From an uncultured Oligoflexus sp. (GTDB lineage Bacteria > Bdellovibrionota_B > Oligoflexia > Oligoflexales > Oligoflexaceae), in NCBI GenBank assembly GCA_964236955.1, contig CAXSGP010000034.1, positions 1-41,944 on the forward strand: DNA of 41,944 nt, read 5' to 3'. Shown piece by piece: positions 1 to 7,997 of this stretch. Numbering within the stretch: position 1 is the stretch's first letter; every line of letters starts with the position of its first letter. The notes below the pieces were generated by a model. That model had not been told where the DNA came from. It saw only the letters and a list, made by a program, of their open reading frames with translations, and did no database searches. A program made the translations under genes and the position numbers.

Positions 1-36
1 AGGCGCGAGGCAGAAAAAAAGCGGAGTTTATTCCCA

Positions 37-63
37 TAAATGAGCATTTATTTCTGCCGATGG
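37..63 (+). promoter_or_regulatory. Candidate sigma-28 (FliA) promoter
   Basis: TAAA(37-40)-15 nt-GCCGATGG(56-63) matches the TAAA-N15-GCCGATAA consensus with exact spacing; upstream of chemotaxis-like genes. Confidence 0.6.
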
Positions 64-350
64 AACGCGGCCATCGCCTGTTCCGGACTGACACCAGCTG
101 AATAGCGATTTCGATAAGACAGTTGACTGACCGCTGACCAGTCCTTTGCATAGCTCGGTCAATCAAGGTAAAATAGACTATCTCGTCGGTGGATGTCATC
201 AATAGCGGTTTCCCATTCGGAATTGCCATTGAGCTGAGTAAAAAATAGACTCGCTGCCGCCGCTCGACTGCATTGAGTCCGTTGCCCTAGACCGATGCTT
301 TTCCTTCTTCTTTTTAGTACTCATTTCAAGATCTAGGACAGGTAATCACT

Positions 351-935
351 ATGGAAACGATCGGCCTCAAAGATTTTATCGACAGCAAATATGAAAAATT
401 TGCCCTTCACTATTATGAAACCCTACAGGTCAAGGTCTCGGCTTTTGTTAAAGCCAATACCGCCGATCTCGCGCTGGACAATAGCATCGCTCCCGACCAA
501 TTTGTATATGGGGACCGTGTTATCATGATACTAGTATCGGGAAAAGAAATACAGGCGACTCTGAAGATTCACTATAGCCCCTCTGAAGTCATCAAGCTCA
601 TGCCGCAAAAGCTCATCGAATCTAGTGAGAGCCCGGACTTCGCGATCGAATCTTTCTTTGCCGAAATGGCCAATCTCATCGCCGGTCGCCTGAAGGCCAG
701 CTTTATGGATATGAATTACGTCGTCGGTATCTCACTCCCTATTCGTGCTTCCTGCTATGACGAGCTGGTTTCCTCAGACAAACTTGTCGCGAACCGGGCC
801 TATTCTTTCACCGGGATCAAGCTATCCACTCACTCGCGCTTTGTCATTTCGCTCGCGATCGACGATCATGGTGAAGGTCTAAAAGCCTTTAAACCGGAAG
901 CTCCCGATGAAAAAGAATCTGATGATTTCCTATAA
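351..935 (+). CDS. CheX/CheC-like phosphatase domain protein
   Basis: FFAEMANLIAGRLK with ExxN motif followed by ISLP, typical of CheX; AGGA upstream; adjacent to CheA-like and CheY genes. Confidence 0.7.
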   Translation: METIGLKDFIDSKYEKFALHYYETLQVKVSAFVKANTADLALDNSIAPDQFVYGDRVIMILVSGKEIQATLKIHYSPSEVIKLMPQKLIESSESPDFAIESFFAEMANLIAGRLKASFMDMNYVVGISLPIRASCYDELVSSDKLVANRAYSFTGIKLSTHSRFVISLAIDDHGEGLKAFKPEAPDEKESDDFL

Positions 936-968
936 GAATCTTCTCAACTCCTCACTGGAGATCCTGAT

Positions 969-2900
969 ATGAGTCAAGAAATAGTTGCCAGCCACAACTT
1001 GAGAGCCACCCATGACATTCTTCTGGCGATGTCGGGGTCGAAGCGGGCGTTGGAACTCATTCTGGAAAATCAGAACGATATTTTCGCTCTTTTTACGGAT
1101 GGAGGCCAGATCCTCAAAGGAAACGCCGCCCTTGCCAATTTCATAAAGCAGCCATCTGATGTGCTCTTCCGCTACAACCTAAAGTCCTTATTTTCGTCCC
1201 ATTCCTGGCAGATGTTCGGTAACAAGGTTGAGATCATAAAAAAACACCGCGAACGAAAAAACGTTTCGTTCGAACTGGCGGTCGATAGCGAACAGTGCCG
1301 CGGCGAAGAGCTTCAGGACTTCGTCTGGACTGTCACTCGCTTTGATTCCATCACCAATCGCCGTGGCCAGGTTTATTCGGTTATCGGTCGGGACATGACG
1401 GAAATCAGACGATTCCAAAAACGCCTTAGCATGATCTTCGGATCCGTTCCGCTGGCGATATTCCAGATCGACCGCCAGAAATGCTTCAAAGGCCCTTACA
1501 GTGCCTACGCTGAGATTATTTTCGGCAGCGAAAATCTTGAAGGCCGCCCCTTTACCGATACCATCGCAAAAGCCAAGTCGAACATGACGCCATCTCAACG
1601 ATATGGTATAGAGCAGCTGCTCGAGTCAATCGGGGAAGAGGAGTTTTGGTATGATATCTACAAAGCTCAGTTCCCCAAGGAGATGAACTTTGGAACCAAG
1701 GAAAACAGCCTTTGGATAGGCTTTAACTACAGTCCTATCGTCCGTGATACCAGGGTTGAAGAGATTTTGGTTGTGGCTGAGGACATAACCGAAAGGGTTA
1801 TGGCGCGCAGCAAGAAAGACACTAGGGAAATTTCTGAGATTCAATATGCCGTGATTTTTGCCGATGCTCAGGCTACCGATGAGAAAACCATCGGTCGCAC
1901 CATCGTCGACGTTGAGCATCAGATCACTTTACTCAAAGATATCGATCACGATAATCTGACCAATCCTCAGCAGTACCTCAATCCTATCAACTCGATCAAG
2001 AATGCGCTGGGTCAGGCGGGACTTCATTACGTTACCGATCTCGTGCAGAGGATTGAGGATGAAATGCTCGCGTTGGAGGGCAACGGACTGGTGCTGGCTG
2101 TGCTCTATTATGCACTCGAAACGAGTCGGCGCGATATCGTGGATGCATGGACCAAAGTGAAAAGCATTCTCTATATGGTTCACCCCACCCTCGTGGATCA
2201 GGAAGAGATCACCGTCAATGATCTCCGCGACAAACTGGCAAAACTTCAATTGCTCCTGGAATCAAAAGACGTCAGCCAGGGAATCACCCTTGTGACCCAA
2301 CTGCTCGGCCTTATCAATCCCGGCATAAAGCTCAGAAATGTTCAGGAGATCGAACAGAATCTACGATCCTCGTTTGCCAAGACAGCAGTTCGCCTGGACA
2401 AACAGGTCAATTTGGAAATGCTGATAGCCGATATCCCAATTTCCAAAGAAAAACTTAATAAAATCAGCGAGATACTTGCTCTCCTGCTAGGCAACACACT
2501 CACCAATTACTTGGAATCGCCTTCCGATCGTCTCGTAAAGCAAAAAAAGCAGCGGGCGAAGGTTACGATTACAATTCGAAAGGCCGATGATCAGATAGCG
2601 GTGGCAATAGAGGATGATGGCCGAGGTCTTGATCCAGCTGAACTCGTGGCATCGGCCTTGAAACGTGGGACTATTACTGAGACGCAGGCGCAAACCATGT
2701 CGCAGCATGAGAAATTGCGTCTAATTTTTCAACCCGGTCATCCTTCGCAGGAAGGTGTTCAGGAAATGTCGGGAAGAGGAACAGGCATGAGTTCTGCCGA
2801 CGCTGCCGCCAGGTACCTGTCTTCGGACGGGAGCGGTATCGCCGTGGAGTCAAACCTGGGACGGGGGACTCTCTTCAGCTTTACCTGCAAGTTAGACTAA
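969..2900 (+). CDS. PAS-domain CheA-like histidine kinase-like protein with degenerate Hpt and no CheW domain
   Basis: Two PAS/PAC-like segments ending in IGRDMTE and VAEDITE; Hpt-like NPINSIKNA...QRIED; CheA-type HATPase with IEDDGRGLD, LIFQPG, MSGRGTGM, ESNLGRGTLF; GGAG RBS. Confidence 0.75.
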   Translation: MSQEIVASHNLRATHDILLAMSGSKRALELILENQNDIFALFTDGGQILKGNAALANFIKQPSDVLFRYNLKSLFSSHSWQMFGNKVEIIKKHRERKNVSFELAVDSEQCRGEELQDFVWTVTRFDSITNRRGQVYSVIGRDMTEIRRFQKRLSMIFGSVPLAIFQIDRQKCFKGPYSAYAEIIFGSENLEGRPFTDTIAKAKSNMTPSQRYGIEQLLESIGEEEFWYDIYKAQFPKEMNFGTKENSLWIGFNYSPIVRDTRVEEILVVAEDITERVMARSKKDTREISEIQYAVIFADAQATDEKTIGRTIVDVEHQITLLKDIDHDNLTNPQQYLNPINSIKNALGQAGLHYVTDLVQRIEDEMLALEGNGLVLAVLYYALETSRRDIVDAWTKVKSILYMVHPTLVDQEEITVNDLRDKLAKLQLLLESKDVSQGITLVTQLLGLINPGIKLRNVQEIEQNLRSSFAKTAVRLDKQVNLEMLIADIPISKEKLNKISEILALLLGNTLTNYLESPSDRLVKQKKQRAKVTITIRKADDQIAVAIEDDGRGLDPAELVASALKRGTITETQAQTMSQHEKLRLIFQPGHPSQEGVQEMSGRGTGMSSADAAARYLSSDGSGIAVESNLGRGTLFSFTCKLD

Positions 2901-2932
2901 GGTTCAGGATTTTTTACAGGGAGTGGGCACTT

Positions 2933-3319
2933 ATGGCAAAGATTTTGATAGTTGATGACTCTGAGACTATTCGCGTTGAATTAAAAGAGGTTCTGGAAGC
3001 TGGCGGTCATGCTGTAGTCTCTGGAGTCGACGGCAATGACGGCTTTGAAAAAGCGAAGGGCGATAGCTATTTCGATTTGATCATCTCCGACTATAACATG
3101 CCGGGCCTTGACGGATTGTCGATGCTCAAGATGATCAAGGCACTGCCGAACTATGCAAAGACACCTTTGGCAATGCTTACCACGGAATCCTCAAAGGAAC
3201 TCAAGGAAGCGGGCAAAGAAGCTGGTGTCATCGTCTGGGTTGTAAAACCCTTCGAGAAGGACCGCCTGCTCATGACGCTTTCGAAAGTATTTGAGAAATT
3301 TCCGCCAGCTGCCGCCTAA
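2933..3319 (+). CDS. CheY-like single-domain response regulator
   Basis: ILIVDDS, SDYNMPGLDG (phospho-Asp), MLTTES, WVVKPF; 128 aa. Confidence 0.9.
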   Translation: MAKILIVDDSETIRVELKEVLEAGGHAVVSGVDGNDGFEKAKGDSYFDLIISDYNMPGLDGLSMLKMIKALPNYAKTPLAMLTTESSKELKEAGKEAGVIVWVVKPFEKDRLLMTLSKVFEKFPPAAA

Positions 3320-3325
3320 TGAAAT

Positions 3326-3356
3326 ATGGCGTTCTGATCGGAGGGACGCCATTTGC
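3326..3356 (+). terminator. Possible terminator hairpin after the CheY-like gene
   Basis: ATGGCGTTCT/AGGGACGCCAT stem just after the stop; short U-tract only. Confidence 0.4.
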
Positions 3357-3613
3357 CTTGTCTAAAGCGATAAATCGCCCTTCTTCGAGGCGCCGTTCAG
3401 TGATGGGGACGCGATTCAACTCATTCCAAGAAGAAATCGCCAGGTTCCATTCAAGTTCATACAAGTTGTGCCTTTGACCGCTTTCGCGCCCACTGCTAAC
3501 AAAGAGCCTGCGTACAGCGCGCATGGTCGCAAATGACGACTTTTCCAAATCCTACTTGTGGCCGGACCTTCGAAGTCTGTAGAATCAGAGGACACTATGC
3601 CGAGAGTTACCAA

Positions 3614-4987
3614 ATGAGCCTTCCGAAAAAATTGGTTGTGACGACTGAAAATGAAACTATTTTTCTAAGCGGAATCATGGACGATGGGATGAGTACCTAT
3701 GGTCTTAAGGAAGCTTTAAAGGGTGTATTCGCAAGCATCGATTTAGGAAAGGTCAAGTCCGCAAGCTGGAACAGCCTTTTGCGCTTCAACGAAACCGTTC
3801 GTGGCACAGGCGCTCCGTGTGTGGCTCTTGATAACGTTCCCTATTCGATCTACCGCTTCCTAAGAATGACCGATAAATTTGATGACTTCTATCAGGTGAA
3901 TACCCTTGAAGCTCCTCTCTATGAAGAGGCAAGCCGAACGCTGACCCTAGCAAAATTCAACTGCGGCGGCAGTGAGACCAAGGCTATACGGTCGGGCACG
4001 GCGCCCAAGAGCCAACGCCTGTTCGGGCGCCTTCAGCATTTCCAGGCACTGTTCGGATCGCCTGAATCCCAAAAAATCTGGGACGCATCTGAGCTCTCTG
4101 ACGTGATTCTTGACTATGTTTTGTTCTGCGAAATTATCTTCGCCCTGGTATTTGACATCGCCAGAAGCGTGGAGACTTCCATTGGTGGTTCCATACGGGA
4201 ATTTGAAGCTCAGGCCTCAAGTATCGAACGGGCCGTTACCGCCGTAAGTCTAGGCGCTGATTGTCAAAAGATCATTAGTGATATAAACGCATTAATCGCT
4301 GAAGTTAAGCCGATCATCGCGACCAAATCGGTTCTGATCATGGATGCGATTGCGCCTTGTCAGACCGTACTCAACGAAATAGCGATAGAGGCTCTCTCCT
4401 GCCTCGCGCAAAATAAGCCGCTGCCCTTGCCTATCCTCGACAAGGTTGTTAACGTCATCCGCTCGCTTCTGCCGGTAGAGAAAATGGCAGAAGATTTCGG
4501 AGTGGTCATTGGCCAACTCTATGCGGTCTATGAACTTAAAAAGGTCGAAAAGCCCTATTTAGCTGCCCTGTCCGGACGGGTGATGGATGCAGATGAAATC
4601 CAAAACGTCATCGATATCTATTGCATCATGGATCCGATGGCTGATGATCAGGAATATCTGCTTGAAGCCATCGGCGCCTACTTTCATGAAATCGACAATG
4701 AAATTGCCAAGATCTCGACGATCTCGCAGGGCTGTGACCTTGTGTGTCAGATCGTAGAGCATCGTATCAAAGAAACCCAGATCATTCAAAACTTCTACAA
4801 CGGAGCCATCAAAGGCAATCCAGAGGCTAAACCTGAAGGGATTGCCGAATTCCGAAAGGAACTGATGGACCTTATCAAGAAGCGGATGGTCACGGATCAG
4901 GAAAAATTTGCCATGAAATTTTTCATGCCAGAAGAAAGTGTGGTGGAAAAGTCTGCCGCTCAGCCCGGGGATATGATGCTCTTCTAG
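3614..4987 (+). CDS. Hypothetical protein: N-terminal STAS-like domain, long helical region with CheZ-like DxxxQ motif
   Basis: ORF is open from 3533, start at ATG 3614 (MSLPKK) preferred. N-terminus IFLSGIMDD...IDLGKVKSASWNSL...LDNVP resembles STAS; C-terminal SQGCDLVCQIVEH and terminal PGDMMLF. Confidence 0.55.
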   Translation: MSLPKKLVVTTENETIFLSGIMDDGMSTYGLKEALKGVFASIDLGKVKSASWNSLLRFNETVRGTGAPCVALDNVPYSIYRFLRMTDKFDDFYQVNTLEAPLYEEASRTLTLAKFNCGGSETKAIRSGTAPKSQRLFGRLQHFQALFGSPESQKIWDASELSDVILDYVLFCEIIFALVFDIARSVETSIGGSIREFEAQASSIERAVTAVSLGADCQKIISDINALIAEVKPIIATKSVLIMDAIAPCQTVLNEIAIEALSCLAQNKPLPLPILDKVVNVIRSLLPVEKMAEDFGVVIGQLYAVYELKKVEKPYLAALSGRVMDADEIQNVIDIYCIMDPMADDQEYLLEAIGAYFHEIDNEIAKISTISQGCDLVCQIVEHRIKETQIIQNFYNGAIKGNPEAKPEGIAEFRKELMDLIKKRMVTDQEKFAMKFFMPEESVVEKSAAQPGDMMLF

Positions 4988-5068
4988 GAATCGAGGGGAT
5001 TTGACCGCCGAGAGACCTCCCTGGTGAAATGTTGGTCCGACCTAGGGGTCTGTTTCCATTATTTCCTC

Positions 5069-5101
5069 TTCCACCCCGTTGCCGGCGTGGTGGAATTTTT
5101 T
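5069..5101 (+). terminator. Probable Rho-independent terminator
   Basis: TTCCACC...GGTGGAA stem followed by TTTTTT. Confidence 0.55.
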
Positions 5102-5125
5102 CGTGAACGTTATTTTATTTAAAAC

Positions 5126-5138
5126 AATCAATCACTTG
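5126..5138 (+). promoter_or_regulatory. IHF-like binding site
   Basis: AATCAATCACTTG fits WATCAANNNNTTR exactly, with an AT-rich tract upstream. Confidence 0.4.
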
Positions 5139-5210
5139 AGCTATCTATGGTAGAAACCAAGGCCGAATCCGAAGGTTCTTCGGGAATGCCGTCGATAGGC
5201 AAAAATTTAT

Positions 5211-5237
5211 TTAACTTTTTTGGACCTTCACCGATAA
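5211..5237 (+). promoter_or_regulatory. Candidate sigma-28 (FliA) promoter
   Basis: TTAA-15 nt-ACCGATAA about 50 nt upstream of ATG 5290. Confidence 0.5.
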
Positions 5238-5289
5238 GACACTGCCTGCCGGACATTTAAAAATAGCATTTCGGGTTAGAGGAGCCAGC

Positions 5290-6015
5290 ATGAACTTTCT
5301 TGCATTCACTTTATCGATGATTTTACTGAGCGGAATAGTAAGCAGCTCCTGCGTCAAACCATCAGTCGCGTCCCGCTATATAGCTCAATCGAAAGCTTCG
5401 AAAAGTACAGATTCCGAAGCTGCTGGCACGACTGAAGAATCCGGCGCGAAAAGTAACGGCACCAGCGATGGCGAAGAAAAAGATCCGGCTGATGAGGAAG
5501 CTGTCGAAACGGGCGAGGAAGTACCCAAGGCCGATGATGCTGGCGCTAATGCCACTCCCACACCAGGATCAAATTCCAGTCCTGCGCCCGGCACAAGTCC
5601 TGCTCCCGGCACAAGTCCTGCGCCCGGCACAAGTCCTGCGCCCGGAACAAGTCCTGCGCCCGGAACAAGTCCGGCTCCCACGCCAGGAGCCTCTCCGTTA
5701 CCGGGAGCAGGAACAACCCCAGCTCCGGCACCTGGAGGAGCCACCCCAGTTCCAGCCCCTGCCCCAGCGCCTGCTGCCATTACCTTCGCGCTCATTTCCG
5801 AAAAGGTCATGGTTCCCTATTGTGTTATGTGCCACAACGTTAACAAGCTTTCGGGTGGGGTCAATCTCGAGAGCTATTTGAGAATCAAACCTCAAATTGA
5901 CGATATCAAGAAGACGACCGTTACCGGCAAGTCGATGCCAAAGGGCTCCACAATGCCAGCCGATATGAAAAAGCTCCTCAGTGACTGGATCGATGCCGGA
6001 GCTCCGGAGAAGTGA
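5290..6015 (+). CDS. Putative lipoprotein with acidic/Pro-rich linker and C-terminal monoheme cytochrome c domain
   Basis: Hydrophobic signal ending VSSSC; PAPGTS repeats; CVMCH heme-binding motif, distal SMP, terminal WIDAGAP; AGGAG RBS. Confidence 0.75.
   Translation: MNFLAFTLSMILLSGIVSSSCVKPSVASRYIAQSKASKSTDSEAAGTTEESGAKSNGTSDGEEKDPADEEAVETGEEVPKADDAGANATPTPGSNSSPAPGTSPAPGTSPAPGTSPAPGTSPAPGTSPAPTPGASPLPGAGTTPAPAPGGATPVPAPAPAPAAITFALISEKVMVPYCVMCHNVNKLSGGVNLESYLRIKPQIDDIKKTTVTGKSMPKGSTMPADMKKLLSDWIDAGAPEK
5581..5670 (+). repeat. In-frame tandem repeat, 5 x 18 bp, encoding PAPGTS
   Basis: cctgcKcccggMacaagt repeated five times, followed by degenerate copies. Confidence 0.95.
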
Positions 6016-6126
6016 ATTTTCGTCGCATCCTCGCCGAGGTTTCGATCTGATACCGGAGACCTGCTCATCACGATCCGTCGATCGTCAGCAGGTCCACGGC
6101 CTCCCAAAACCCCCGCAAGCGATGGC

Positions 6127-7830
6127 CTAAAACCGCAGATGGCCTTTCAATTCACTCTCATCCAGCACTATAGTCTTGCCAATATACATCTTGATTCTAT
6201 CGCCACGCCTGATGCCTTTTTTTAGCTCGGCGTAGAGAATGCTGACACGATCGTAGACCTGCGTGTCAAAGGCAGCCAAACGCTGCCGATAGGAAGCCAT
6301 TTCGCTGCCATCCTCGTCCTGCCCTTTCCTTATTTGCCCAAGCCGAACGGTAAACCCATGCGTCCTGTCCAAACTGCTGGCAAACGCCCATTCCAAACGG
6401 CAATGACTGATCCGAAGGTACCAACGACTTCGAAACAGCTGCCGCAAAAGGCGTTTGAAGGCCTGCCTCAGGTAGGTTTCTACGTCTTCCGTAGTCCATT
6501 CCGTTTGCTCCGCCTGTTCTGGGGGCTCCTCTATCTCCTCTGCACCGCCGGGCTGGTCAGCCCTATCTTCATCAGCCTTCATTCGCAGTTCGAGGAGCCG
6601 CGCATATTCCAAAGGCCAAACGATGGCAGCAAGCCTATGCCAATCGTCTGGCGATGGTGAAGGACGGCCCGATTCAAATTCCTCAAGCCCATAACCCAGA
6701 AAAATATTCCGGATGGCCTCCTGCAGCATCCCGCCCGTTACTCCGGTGATAAAGGCGGGTAAGGGCATCATTGCCCAACTTTCGTCCATGAACGGCCTTA
6801 GTGCCTCTATCATCGATAATGAAGACAGCGGCCCCCACCTTCGAAATCCCCAGGTCGCTGGCTGCGGCAGGACATCATTGAAACGAATCGTCTGCACCGT
6901 GCGGCCCTCGACCCGCAAGAGGCGGTTGTAGGGTGGATCATGCCGCTTGATCTCATCATTTTCAAGGAGCAGTGCCTCCAGCTCGCTTTCAACTTCGACA
7001 AATCGAAAATCAACCGCCCGGGTCAACATCTCATTCAAACGGCTGCCTTTGGTTTTCTGTCCCCGAAAATAAGAGTTGACGCGGGCCTTGAGGTCGGCTG
7101 CCTTGCCGACATACAAAATATTTTGAAAAGCATCGAGAAAGAAATAAACACCAGGGGCTTTGGGGAGGGAAAGCCGCTTTTTTCGAAGCGCATCCCCATG
7201 AATGGGAAGAGCCTGAGCCTCTCTTCGCTCGAGTGCCTTGAGCCAGGGCACCAGGTCATCAGGCACTTCGTCATCAGCGAATTTATTCGCTATAAAACGC
7301 CAGACATAGGCGGTGGCCATCAAATGATCGACCGAACGTTTCTTCTCAGCGGTCGCGTAGCCGGCAAAGCCCGCAACTGCCCTGAGACTAAACGATTTCA
7401 ATTCGGGAATCATAAGGCGAGAGAGTTTATGGACACAGATCACGCGGGCTAAAATAGCGTCGCGATCCACACTTTCCTCGCCACCGATGACCTTCCAAAG
7501 GAAAGGCAATTTAAATTGAGCGAAGTGAATAACGAGTGGCGTTCGGGCATGGGCTGCCAAGAACGCTCGTAATTCATCTTGCAAGGTTTCGGGGCTGATT
7601 GCGGGTTCCTGACTATAATATTCCGCCGAAAGACCGGTAAGACGCTGTATCGTGCGCGATAGGGTTCTTTCGCCGGACAACGCGATCAAACGGGTCGTCC
7701 ACAGGTTGCCCTCGGGACGGTCGTCGGCCTTATAGAGTCCCCAACCCGCTTCGATAACGTCACTGGTTGAAGCCACGGTTCCCGTGGTTTGAAAATCCAG
7801 GAAAATAAAATCCTGACTGGAAAGTCTCAT
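6127..7830 (-). CDS. DEDDh (DnaQ-like) exonuclease-fold domain fused to UvrC/Cho-type GIY-YIG endonuclease
   Basis: N-terminal FLDFQTTG, HFAQF, SLRAVA; PKAPGVYFF...LYVGKAADLKARVNSYF...ELEALLLENDEIKRHDPPYN. Start is 7830 or 7845. Confidence 0.8.
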   Translation of the reverse strand: MRLSSQDFIFLDFQTTGTVASTSDVIEAGWGLYKADDRPEGNLWTTRLIALSGERTLSRTIQRLTGLSAEYYSQEPAISPETLQDELRAFLAAHARTPLVIHFAQFKLPFLWKVIGGEESVDRDAILARVICVHKLSRLMIPELKSFSLRAVAGFAGYATAEKKRSVDHLMATAYVWRFIANKFADDEVPDDLVPWLKALERREAQALPIHGDALRKKRLSLPKAPGVYFFLDAFQNILYVGKAADLKARVNSYFRGQKTKGSRLNEMLTRAVDFRFVEVESELEALLLENDEIKRHDPPYNRLLRVEGRTVQTIRFNDVLPQPATWGFRRWGPLSSLSMIEALRPFMDESWAMMPLPAFITGVTGGMLQEAIRNIFLGYGLEEFESGRPSPSPDDWHRLAAIVWPLEYARLLELRMKADEDRADQPGGAEEIEEPPEQAEQTEWTTEDVETYLRQAFKRLLRQLFRSRWYLRISHCRLEWAFASSLDRTHGFTVRLGQIRKGQDEDGSEMASYRQRLAAFDTQVYDRVSILYAELKKGIRRGDRIKMYIGKTIVLDESELKGHLRF

Positions 7831-7997
7831 CCCCACCCTCCCCATTCCCCGCTATCTATGAAGGATGCCTGGCGAAAAGTCGAGACATCAAAGTGATAAA
7901 TCCCCTGCCGCAGTTATGACCGAGCTGTGCTCCTCCGGGACTTCAGTTACTGTGGGGGGTCCGGTCTGTTTGCTCCAATCAAGGAAATGACATAGAG

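Noticed and set aside
5581..5670. Tandem repeat as a CRISPR array
   Set aside because: Units are contiguous with no spacers, in frame within a CDS, and there are no cas genes.
5385..5881. Alternative-frame repetitive ORFs (GAGLVP and PAQVLR repeats)
   Set aside because: By-products of the stop-free 18-bp repeat; the 5290 frame has the RBS, signal peptide and CxxCH.
6036..6094. Overlapping hairpins between convergent genes as an ncRNA
   Set aside because: Short, and adequately explained as terminator or 3'-end stabilising stems.
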